In this document: positions 1 to 6,090 of the stretch, piece after piece
Position numbering within the stretch: position 1 is the first letter of the stretch
Layout: the number at the start of each line of letters is the position of its first letter
Source of the DNA: an uncultured virus (IMG/VR IMGVR_UViG_3300032327_000778)
Lineage: Duplodnaviria > Heunggongvirae > Uroviricota > Caudoviricetes
IMG/VR virus record: IMGVR_UViG_3300032327_000778
Strand: one strand, 5' to 3'
Length of the DNA: 64,000 nt
Notes under the pieces: generated by a model
Told to the model about the DNA's origin: nothing
What the model saw: the letters and a program-made list of their open reading frames with translations, nothing else
Database searches by the model: none
Translations under genes and position numbers: made by a program

Positions 1-153
1 AAGATCCATTGCATCAAAATGATTGCGAACCAATACCGCGCATTTATTGTAAATGCGACCATTACGATCACAAATAACAATTGCAAAATCTGCAACGGTA
101 TCATTGCAAGTGGTTTCGGTGTCGAGAATTGCGAAAAACTGTTTTTTAGCCAC
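1..153 (-). CDS. DEDD-family 3'-5' exonuclease, N-terminal part (truncated by window edge)
   Basis: Manual translation from GTG at 153: MAKKQFFAILDTETTCNDTVADFAIVICDRNGRIYNKCAVLV...; ExoI motif LDTETT. Confidence 0.7.
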   Translation of the reverse strand, partial: MAKKQFFAILDTETTCNDTVADFAIVICDRNGRIYNKCAVLVRNHFDAMDL

Positions 154-192
154 GATTGATAAAGGTTAGCCACGGCACGACGCCGAGTTAAG

Positions 193-221
193 ATAATAAC
201 ACAAAAAACAGCCAAGTGCCA
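193..221 (-). promoter_or_regulatory. Possible leftward sigma70 promoter for the exonuclease cassette
   Basis: TGGCAC-N17-TATTAT on minus strand, positioned like the other leftward promoters relative to the repeat. Confidence 0.4.
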
Positions 222-225
222 GGAA

Positions 226-414
226 GTGCAAAAATACAACATAGGGGTTTTCCCCTATTGACAAAAAATTTTTGCCGTGGTAAAATTTTGGCGCCGCAGT
301 TGTTGTAAAAATACAACAGCACGAAAAATTTACGAAATTTTTCTTGACACGCGCCGCAAAATTATGGTATAATTTTGGCGCTATGTGTTGTTTTTTCGCA
401 ACACATTTCGTTAT
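226..414. repeat. Pre-early intergenic repeat copy A (two tandem promoter-hairpin units)
   Basis: ATAGGGGTTTTCCCCTAT palindrome 241-258; TTGACA(258)-N17-TAAAAT-TTTGGCGC; TGTTG-N8-CAACA; TTGACA(344)-N18-TATAAT-TTTGGCGC; hairpin ATGTGTTG..CAACACAT 383-406; CGTTAT. Confidence 0.9.
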
Positions 415-621
415 TTATTTTAAATACACCCGGAATTCAATTCCCATTGCAGAGCGAAAATGCAATTCGTCATATTCCTTGCTTAACTTATTGCAATCTT
501 TTATGCTAAAATACGGGCCGTCAATAATTTTAAAGTCTAGGCCATTAACCCAATCATCCCAGGTTGCCTTGCGGCCATAAGCACCACAACAATCTAGAAT
601 GTCATAATTTAAAAAATCCAT
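415..621 (-). CDS. Hypothetical small phage protein (68 aa)
   Basis: ATG at 621 with AAGGA SD; MDFLNYDILDCCGAYGRKATW... Confidence 0.7.
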   Translation of the reverse strand: MDFLNYDILDCCGAYGRKATWDDWVNGLDFKIIDGPYFSIKDCNKLSKEYDELHFRSAMGIEFRVYLK

Positions 622-623
622 GA

Positions 624-989
624 TCAATCCTTTAATGTAAGAGCACCATATGCAATGCCCAATTGAAATTCTAAATAACCTTGATCGCCCTGAGTCTCAT
701 ATTCAGCGTGCAACCAATTAACGGCCTCATTCCAATCAAAACCATGCATTTCCTGCAATGCGGCAATGCGCGCTTTGACAATTTCAAATGCGGCTGATTC
801 ATCAGCAATTCGCATACGTTCATTGCGATCACAAATAGTGTACAATTCAGCAATTGCCAATTCAAAATCGGATTCAATCCATTCGCTAGTATCAAGCCAA
901 CGGGGACGCACATTATGTGCATCTTTATAAAGATCCCAATGGGTAATTGCCAATTGTTCCAATTGGGTTAATTCATTCCATGCTTTCAT
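624..989 (-). CDS. Hypothetical phage protein (121 aa)
   Basis: Acidic ORF with WDLYKDAHNVRPR motif; TAATG-coupled to upstream peptide. Confidence 0.75.
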   Translation of the reverse strand: MKAWNELTQLEQLAITHWDLYKDAHNVRPRWLDTSEWIESDFELAIAELYTICDRNERMRIADESAAFEIVKARIAALQEMHGFDWNEAVNWLHAEYETQGDQGYLEFQLGIAYGALTLKD

Positions 990-1084
990 TATACCGCTCC
1001 GATAGCAACAAGATAAGCAACAGTTAATGCCGAAAAAATCAGCGCATAAAAAACAATTTTATCTGGATCGTTTCCGTTAATCAT
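989..1084 (-). CDS. Small single-TM peptide (31 aa), not in ORF track
   Basis: MINGNDPDKIVFYALIFSALTVAYLVAIGAV*; fills the gap between neighbours, TAATG overlap. Confidence 0.6.
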   Translation of the reverse strand: MINGNDPDKIVFYALIFSALTVAYLVAIGAV

Positions 1085-1085
1085 T

Positions 1086-1589
1086 TTAGTGTCCTTGTTT
1101 ACTTGGAATATATTCACCGCGAATATTGAAATAATCACATACCGCTTTTAAGTATTGTACGTTATCCTCATAGAATACCGCGTCGTCAATCATTGCCAAG
1201 TTAATATTAGCAGTTTTGAAACATTCAATCAAACCGTTAATCTTTAGCGTAGAACCCGATTGTTGATCGTCACGAGTGCGCGAAATAACATAATCAGGCA
1301 TACCCAATTTAGTATTTAAAAATTCCCAATCGGGTTCGTTCATTACACGCGCAGTCGCAATAATTGTATAACACTCTGGATCGTCCAAGTCATCCCAGAA
1401 TTTATTAGCCAATGGCAATAAACCATCCAACATTGCCAAGTGCTGATTATCTCGCCAGTAGCCAATATCAATTCGCTCACCTTCGCTGGTGAGAATAGTC
1501 CGGTAACGGTGACTGCTATCAACGATTGTTCCATCCATGTCATAAATTGCGATCCGCTTAATCATCTTGTTGCCTTGCGTTGTGTCCAT
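1086..1589 (-). CDS. dmp: HAD-family deoxynucleoside 5'-monophosphatase, T5 Dmp-like
   Basis: HAD motif I YDMDGTIVDSSHR, ATAR motif II, YEDN motif IV, LLPL segment as recalled for T5 Dmp; start 1589 (leaderless) or 1565. Confidence 0.75.
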   Translation of the reverse strand: MDTTQGNKMIKRIAIYDMDGTIVDSSHRYRTILTSEGERIDIGYWRDNQHLAMLDGLLPLANKFWDDLDDPECYTIIATARVMNEPDWEFLNTKLGMPDYVISRTRDDQQSGSTLKINGLIECFKTANINLAMIDDAVFYEDNVQYLKAVCDYFNIRGEYIPSKQGH

Positions 1590-1596
1590 GTAGAGA

Positions 1597-1626
1597 ATTA
1601 TACACGAAAAATCGGGTCGTGCGCAA
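1597..1626 (-). promoter_or_regulatory. Leftward sigma70 promoter, ATG 7 nt after -10
   Basis: TTGCGC-N18-TATAAT-TCTCTAC-ATGGAC. Confidence 0.7.
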
Positions 1627-1629
1627 ATT

Positions 1630-1813
1630 TGCGAAAATACAACATAGGGATAAACCCCTATTGACACACGGGCCAGGCTAGTGTATAATTTTGGCGCGGT
1701 CAGTGTTGTAAAAATACAACACAAAAATTTTAAATTTTTCTTGACACGCGCCCAATTTTACTGGTAAAATTGGCGCCACGGGTGTTGTTTTTTCGCAACA
1801 CCCTGGCCGTTAT
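1630..1813. repeat. Pre-early intergenic repeat copy B (two tandem units)
   Basis: TAGGGATAAACCCCTA; TTGACA(1661)-N17-TATAAT-TTTGGCGC; GTGTTGTAAAAATACAACAC; TTGACA(1741)-N18-TAAAAT-TGGCGC; GGGTGTTG..CAACACCC; CGTTAT. Confidence 0.9.
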
Positions 1814-1999
1814 TTATTCAATAACGAATTCCAATTTACGTTTTACGGTAATTGGATCTACCTCAAACCATTCTAAGTCATCAAAATCATCATCGGTCAA
1901 TTCAAAGGCAAATTGCAAGTCTTGCCAAACTTCCTCAATGCTATTACCCATTGAGGTGATGCTATCGTCGTTAATGCTTTTAGCCATAAACATAATCAT
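1814..1999 (-). CDS. Hypothetical acidic protein (61 aa)
   Basis: AAGGAG SD, ATGA overlap with upstream gene. Confidence 0.7.
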   Translation of the reverse strand: MIMFMAKSINDDSITSMGNSIEEVWQDLQFAFELTDDDFDDLEWFEVDPITVKRKLEFVIE

Positions 2000-2193
2000 T
2001 CTCCTTTGTTAAAAAAACGTGCAACGTCAACCAAGTGTTTAGCAGTACGATCAATCCGCTTTACTAAAGCCGGATAATCCAATTCCATCATCTCATGCAT
2101 TTTAACAGATTCTACAAAATAAATCAATTCGTCGCGTTTTAATTGCGACGTTTCGAATTTAGCCGCTTCCTCAATCAATTTGAATTTATTCAT
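1996..2193 (-). CDS. Hypothetical protein (65 aa)
   Basis: ATG at 2193 (MNKFKLIEE...), overlapping the upstream stop. Confidence 0.65.
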   Translation of the reverse strand: MNKFKLIEEAAKFETSQLKRDELIYFVESVKMHEMMELDYPALVKRIDRTAKHLVDVARFFNKGE

Positions 2194-2350
2194 CAAATCC
2201 CCAACCATTAAACAGTTTAGCCAATTTCGATTGTTTTTTATTCGGAATAACCTTAGGCTTAAATGGGCTATTCACGAATAGGGGCTTATGCGCCCGCGGA
2301 TCTGGTTTGCTGGCTTTTTTCATTGCCAAGTGCAAATGTAATTTTGTCAT
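2186..2350 (-). CDS. Small basic protein (54 aa), not in ORF track
   Basis: MTKLHLHLAMKKASKPDPRAHKPLFVNSPFKPKVIPNKKQSKLAKLFNGWGFDE*; AAAGGT SD; overlaps both neighbours. Confidence 0.65.
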   Translation of the reverse strand: MTKLHLHLAMKKASKPDPRAHKPLFVNSPFKPKVIPNKKQSKLAKLFNGWGFDE

Positions 2351-2418
2351 GATAAGTACCTTTCAATAAACCAGATTTTAAGGTAAAACATTGCGGTGAG
2401 TAGTAGTGCTGTTTCCAT
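2347..2418 (-). CDS. Putative leaderless hydrophobic peptide (23 aa)
   Basis: METALLLTAMFYLKIWFIERYLS*; ATG 7 nt after TATAAT; ATGA overlap with next gene. Confidence 0.4.
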   Translation of the reverse strand: METALLLTAMFYLKIWFIERYLS

Positions 2419-2425
2419 GTAGAGT

Positions 2426-2453
2426 ATTATACCCCAATTTTTAGAGAGTGCAA
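2426..2453 (-). promoter_or_regulatory. Leftward sigma70 promoter
   Basis: TTGCAC-N16-TATAAT-ACTCTAC-ATGGAA. Confidence 0.7.
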
Positions 2454-2478
2454 GCGTCCAGGGTGCGACACGATGACG

Positions 2479-2587
2479 CAGGGTTTCCCCTAGTGTGGTA
2501 TTTTTGCACACCCTATTGACACGCGCCGCAAAATTATGTTATAATTTTGGCGCCTCCGGTGTTGTTTTTCTGCAACACCGGATCGTT
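2479..2587. repeat. Pre-early intergenic repeat copy C
   Basis: AGGGTTTCCCCTA; GTGTGG-TATTTTTG-CACAC; TTGACA(2516)-N18-TATAAT-TTTGGCGC; TCCGGTGTTG..CAACACCGGA 2555-2582. Confidence 0.9.
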
Positions 2588-2794
2588 TTAAATTACATAA
2601 TTAACAATGCCGATCGTATTAGCAATTAAAAAGGCCCCATTAAGTGTGCCCAATGCTTTATCGCGTCGGACTAGGGCAATTATTAGCCAACTGACTGATC
2701 CGGTTAAAAAGCAAATATAACCCCAATTCATTATACCCATTGCAACCAGAAAAGATCCGAGTATGCTGCTAATTGTGCCAATCCATGCTAACAT
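2588..2794 (-). CDS. Small membrane protein (68 aa, ~3 TM)
   Basis: Three hydrophobic segments; adjacent to SprT gene. Confidence 0.7.
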   Translation of the reverse strand: MLAWIGTISSILGSFLVAMGIMNWGYICFLTGSVSWLIIALVRRDKALGTLNGAFLIANTIGIVNYVI

Positions 2795-3157
2795 TTAAAC
2801 ATCCATATTGTGATAAGTATCAGGGGACAATCCGTAGGATTGCATAATGCGTTGCCATGTTGGGCCATGCCAACGATTACCGCGTGGAGTGCCATTAAGG
2901 TTAAAGTCTACCTGATGTGCAATCTCATGCGGAATTGTTTCGTCCATAATCTGATCATAATGGGCAATAATAAACTTAGTGCCGATCTCGATATGATTGG
3001 TTTCCATCCAACACCGACCGGCTGTTTTAGTAAACCGACCATTTAATTGAATAGTTGGTTTATTAAAACGAATCAATTGAGGATATAACAAGGTGAAGTC
3101 GTGCCATACCTTGTCGGCCCGTTGCGTTACACGCTGAAGAATTAGTGACTTATCCAT
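2795..3157 (-). CDS. SprT-like zinc metalloprotease
   Basis: TAGRC, TIPHEIAH (HExxH), HGPTWQRIM and C-terminal H typical of SprT. Confidence 0.85.
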   Translation of the reverse strand: MDKSLILQRVTQRADKVWHDFTLLYPQLIRFNKPTIQLNGRFTKTAGRCWMETNHIEIGTKFIIAHYDQIMDETIPHEIAHQVDFNLNGTPRGNRWHGPTWQRIMQSYGLSPDTYHNMDV

Positions 3158-3164
3158 GACTAGA

Positions 3165-3192
3165 ATTATACACCAAAATTTGAGCAGGTCAA
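3165..3192 (-). promoter_or_regulatory. Leftward sigma70 promoter, leaderless start of SprT gene
   Basis: TTGACC-N16-TATAAT-TCTAGTC-ATGGAT; no room for an SD. Confidence 0.75.
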
Positions 3193-3305
3193 CTAGGGGT
3201 TTTCCCTAGTGTTGTATTTTCGCCCAGGGCCTTGACACGCGCCCAAATTATATGCTATAATTTGGCGCCAGCGCTGTTGTTTTTTTGCAACAGCCTGGTC
3301 GTTAT
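3193..3305. repeat. Pre-early intergenic repeat copy D
   Basis: CTAGGGGTTTTCCCTAG; TTGACA(3232)-N18-TATAAT-TTGGCGC; GCTGTTG-N8-CAACAGC; CGTTAT. Confidence 0.9.
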
Positions 3306-3307
3306 AG

Positions 3308-3339
3308 TTTAAATAAAGGGCTTTCGCCCTTTATTTAAA
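3308..3339. terminator. Bidirectional intrinsic terminator after A2-like gene
   Basis: TTTAAATAAAGGGC-TTTC-GCCCTTTATTTAAA. Confidence 0.8.
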
Positions 3340-3661
3340 TGGGTTTGCTATTAGCCAATGCATCAAAGATTGCCTTTAATGCTGACTTATTAGCCTTAGT
3401 GAGCGATTCAATGTCATTCTCAGGCAAGCGCAAGATTGCGCCAATTGCATCAGCAACAGAATCCTTTTTAACCACGGCTTCACCCGTTTTGGTTTTGTAT
3501 TCTTTTTTCTGATACACACCTTCACGAGACAACTTGGCAACAATCGAGCGAACCGATTTGCCCAATTGCATTGCCAATTGCTCAACGCTAATGCCAGCGG
3601 CATAATCGGCAACAAGCATTGCAGTTTGCTCAGGGGTATAGTTAATTGCTTTCTCAGCCAT
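3335..3661 (-). CDS. A2: T5 A2-like DNA-binding pre-early protein (108 aa)
   Basis: NYTPEQT, HTH-like GKSVRSIVAKLSREGVYQKK, SLTKANKSALKAI recall the A2 family; GGAG SD; dmp-like neighbour. Confidence 0.7.
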   Translation of the reverse strand: MAEKAINYTPEQTAMLVADYAAGISVEQLAMQLGKSVRSIVAKLSREGVYQKKEYKTKTGEAVVKKDSVADAIGAILRLPENDIESLTKANKSALKAIFDALANSKPI

Positions 3662-3683
3662 GCGATTCTCCAAAAATAAATAA

Positions 3684-3779
3684 AGGTAATGTGCAAGATT
3701 AGTTATCGTATAATCCTGCGTTGCGACGCTTGCTAAATTAACTGCTAACAAGCACAGTTAAGGTCAGTAGGCTTTACCT
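3684..3779 (-). ncRNA. Candidate structured 5' leader RNA of A2-like gene
   Basis: Four-way junction with G-U pairs valid only on the minus strand; see findings. Confidence 0.5.
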
Positions 3780-3806
3780 CTCTCAGTTGCTCTGTCCATG
3801 TAAATA

Positions 3807-3835
3807 ATTATACGGGAAGTCAGCGGAGAGTGCAA
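3807..3835 (-). promoter_or_regulatory. Leftward sigma70 promoter
   Basis: TTGCAC-N17-TATAAT-TATTTAC-ATGGAC. Confidence 0.8.
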
Positions 3836-3913
3836 GCCCAGAATCGCAGATGTGTTAGATTATTTTCGTATAAGAGTCGCCAGGTATATAAGAAAATATT
3901 ATATAGAAAAGTC

Positions 3914-3943
3914 TTGACGCGGGGTCGCCCTATGTGCTATAAT
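3914..3943 (+). promoter_or_regulatory. Rightward sigma70-like promoter in AT-rich region
   Basis: TTGACG-N18-TATAAT, followed by TATTATAT-GCAT-ATATAATA palindrome. Confidence 0.55.
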
Positions 3944-3984
3944 ATTATATGCATATATAATATATAATCATTATAAAAAATAGA

Positions 3985-4080
3985 CATAGGGGGGTTATCG
4001 GACGTTATGACTAATAGAACGATTAGGGCCCTCCCACACGGCCAACTTTAAGAAATTTTCCACAAAACTTTCGGTGCCAG
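3985..4080. other. Probable genome terminus / terminal-repeat boundary
   Basis: GGGGTTATCGGAC...CCCTCCCACACG..AACTTT.AGAAATTT resembles my recollection of the T5-like end sequence; lies between pre-early genes and the terminase side. Confidence 0.5.
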
Positions 4081-4233
4081 CTACCAGTGATGTACAACAC
4101 CCAACACAATTACCAAATTTGTTAATAGATAGCACAAGACTATTAGTGTTCTAATCCAACAAACTACGTCAGCCTCCTTGTCAGTTAAACCATACTTATC
4201 GCCTAATGCTTTAGCCCACAGTCTCCACATCAT
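4081..4233 (-). CDS. Small phage membrane protein (50 aa)
   Basis: MMWRLWAKALG...EAD...IRT...TN...HHW; GGAG SD; own promoter TTGAAA-N17-TATAAT at 4253-4281. Confidence 0.75.
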   Translation of the reverse strand: MMWRLWAKALGDKYGLTDKEADVVCWIRTLIVLCYLLTNLVIVLGVVHHW

Positions 4234-4312
4234 AATCTCCCAAGAAAATAATATTATACACCAATTTACTAAAATTTTCAACAGAGATTTTACCAGCGCT
4301 GAAAAATTTATG

Positions 4313-4342
4313 TTGACTTTTAGGTGCCTAAGGTGATATAAT
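4313..4342 (+). promoter_or_regulatory. sigma70 promoter for plcP-agt-terS-terL unit
   Basis: AAAAATTT upstream element, TTGACT-N18-TATAAT. Confidence 0.75.
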
Positions 4343-4364
4343 CTAGAAAATTACTGGAGGATAT

Positions 4365-5123
4365 ATGCACTACAGGGCCATTTTTATCTCGGACGTGCAC
4401 TTGGGTACCAAGGCCAGCAAAGCAGAGTTCTTGGGCAAGTTCTTAAAATCCAACACTTGTGATGAATTGTACTTGGTCGGAGACATTATTGACGGTTGGA
4501 AAGTCAAACAAAATAAGCTACGCTGGACAAACCAACACACTAATGTAGTCCGACACATCCTAGCCAAAGCCAATCGCGAAAAGACCCGAGTTATATACGT
4601 AGCTGGCAATCACGACGAGTTTCTTAGACCACTAATTAGTTACGGCTTAAAATTTGGTAGAATCGAGGTGGTAAACCAGTGTGAATATGTAGACTTGCAG
4701 GGTAAGCGCTGGTTGGTAACTCACGGCGATATGTTTGACGGCATTACTCGTTTAGCACCTTGGTTAGCTTGGTTAGGCGACAGTGCCTATGATTTCGTTT
4801 TAGGCCTAAATACACACTTTAACCAGTGGCGTCATCGCTTAGGATTTGGCTACTGGTCGCTATCGCAGTGGTTAAAGCATAAAGTAAAACGCGCAGTGGA
4901 CTTTGTGTTTAAGTTTGAGCAGACTATTACCAAGTACGCTGAAAAACGCAAGTTTAATGGCGTTATTTGTGGTCATATCCATCAAGCTGAGATTAAAGTG
5001 GTTGATGGTGTAGGTTACATGAATAGTGGCGACTGGGTAGAGTCGTGTACTGCACTAGTAGAGACCATGGATGGCAACTGGAGGATTATTAAACATGAAA
5101 ACAATCTTAGTAGTAACGGATAA
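4365..5123 (+). CDS. plcP: Metallophosphoesterase, PlcP-type phospholipase C (usually auto-annotated UDP-2,3-diacylglucosamine hydrolase)
   Basis: SDVHLG, VGDIIDGW, GNHDEFLR, HGDMFD, YWSLS, GHIH, GDWVESCTAL motifs; GGAGG SD; paired with a GT4. Confidence 0.75.
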   Translation: MHYRAIFISDVHLGTKASKAEFLGKFLKSNTCDELYLVGDIIDGWKVKQNKLRWTNQHTNVVRHILAKANREKTRVIYVAGNHDEFLRPLISYGLKFGRIEVVNQCEYVDLQGKRWLVTHGDMFDGITRLAPWLAWLGDSAYDFVLGLNTHFNQWRHRLGFGYWSLSQWLKHKVKRAVDFVFKFEQTITKYAEKRKFNGVICGHIHQAEIKVVDGVGYMNSGDWVESCTALVETMDGNWRIIKHENNLSSNG

Positions 5124-6090
5124 TGTACCCCAGCAAGTTAACGGAGTGGTTACAACGTTCCACAACTTGGAACTACAAGCAGATCGCGCTGGCTACCAGT
5201 TTGTATATTGTGATCCCCGGCAGTTCCCTAATTGTGGTGCTCCTGGTTATGGGGATATTAGGCTATCGTGGCCTCGTCAAATTGGCGAAAAGCTTAAAGC
5301 GGTAAATCCTGATTATGTGCATATTGCCACTGAGGGTCCACTAGGATTAGCAGCACGCTGCTGGATGGACAAACATGGCTGGCGGTATAACACCAGCTAT
5401 CACACTAAAATTCCAGAAGCCTTGAATAAATACTATAAAATTCCTACTAGCTGGACTTACCGGTACTTGCGCTGGTTTCACAAGCATAGTGGTAAGGTAT
5501 TGACTACTACGGCCAGTATGGTTTCGGAGCTTAAACAGCAAGGATTTTTAGGCGACATAATTCCCTGGACCCGAGGTGTAGACCGCCAACAGTTTTATAG
5601 TGGTTTAGGTAGTGAGGCCAGCATGCCTACACTGTTATGGGTTGGTAGAGTAGCGCCGGAAAAGAACTGCGAAGACTTTTGCAAACTGGACTACTTGGGT
5701 GCTCGTAAAATTGTGGTTGGTTCGGGGCCGCAATTAAAGTACTTGGCTAGTAAATACCCTGAAGTAGAGTTTGTGGGTATGAAAACCGGTGATGAATTAG
5801 CCAACTACTATCGTACCGCAGACTGCCTAGTATTTACCAGCCGTTGGGATACTTTTGGTATAGTAATGATTGAGGCTATGGCCTGTGGCACACCAGTTGC
5901 TGGTTATCCAGTTTGTGGTCCCAAAGACGTAATTGAATGTGGTCGTACTGGTGCTATCAGTGCTGACTTGAAACAGGCAGTAGTGCGTGCATTGGCAATT
6001 CCCAGACGTCAAGTAGTAGTAGGCAGCTATCGCTGGTCTTGGGAAAAGTGTTGGCAGATATTTGAGTATAATTTAGTGAGTAGATTGTGA
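5095..6090 (+). CDS. GT4 glycosyltransferase, Agt-like diacylglycerol glycosyltransferase
   Basis: QVNGVVTT, HIATEGPLG, TSYHT, LRWFH, WTRGVD, GRVAPEKN, DTFGIVMIEAMACGTPV; GGAGG SD before ATG 5095. Confidence 0.8.
   Translation: MKTILVVTDNVPQQVNGVVTTFHNLELQADRAGYQFVYCDPRQFPNCGAPGYGDIRLSWPRQIGEKLKAVNPDYVHIATEGPLGLAARCWMDKHGWRYNTSYHTKIPEALNKYYKIPTSWTYRYLRWFHKHSGKVLTTTASMVSELKQQGFLGDIIPWTRGVDRQQFYSGLGSEASMPTLLWVGRVAPEKNCEDFCKLDYLGARKIVVGSGPQLKYLASKYPEVEFVGMKTGDELANYYRTADCLVFTSRWDTFGIVMIEAMACGTPVAGYPVCGPKDVIECGRTGAISADLKQAVVRALAIPRRQVVVGSYRWSWEKCWQIFEYNLVSRL

Noticed and set aside
344..580. Plus-strand ORFs starting in the repeats (344, 1770) and long upstream extensions of 1086..1724 and 3335..3751
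   Set aside because: They start at TTG/GTG inside promoter or hairpin DNA and lack SDs; the plus-strand ones lie antisense to better genes
299..3293. TGTTG-N8-CAACA as a LexA box
   Set aside because: The beta/gammaproteobacterial SOS box is CTGT-N8-ACAG; the half-sites differ
226..3305. CRISPR array interpretation of the repeats
   Set aside because: Copies are long, degenerate and separated by whole genes rather than uniform spacers; no cas genes in the window
406..3305. Integron attC-like reading (TAAC right after stop codons, nested palindromes)
   Set aside because: No proper RYYYAAC/GTTRRRY pair, no integrase seen, and the elements contain promoters
3690..3756. tRNA gene (cloverleaf-like fold)
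   Set aside because: No T-loop GTTC, D-loop GG or 7-bp acceptor stem; kept only as a candidate leader RNA
4261..4364. Pho box upstream of plcP-like gene
   Set aside because: No CTGTCAT-type 11-bp direct repeats visible; an ordinary sigma70 promoter is present
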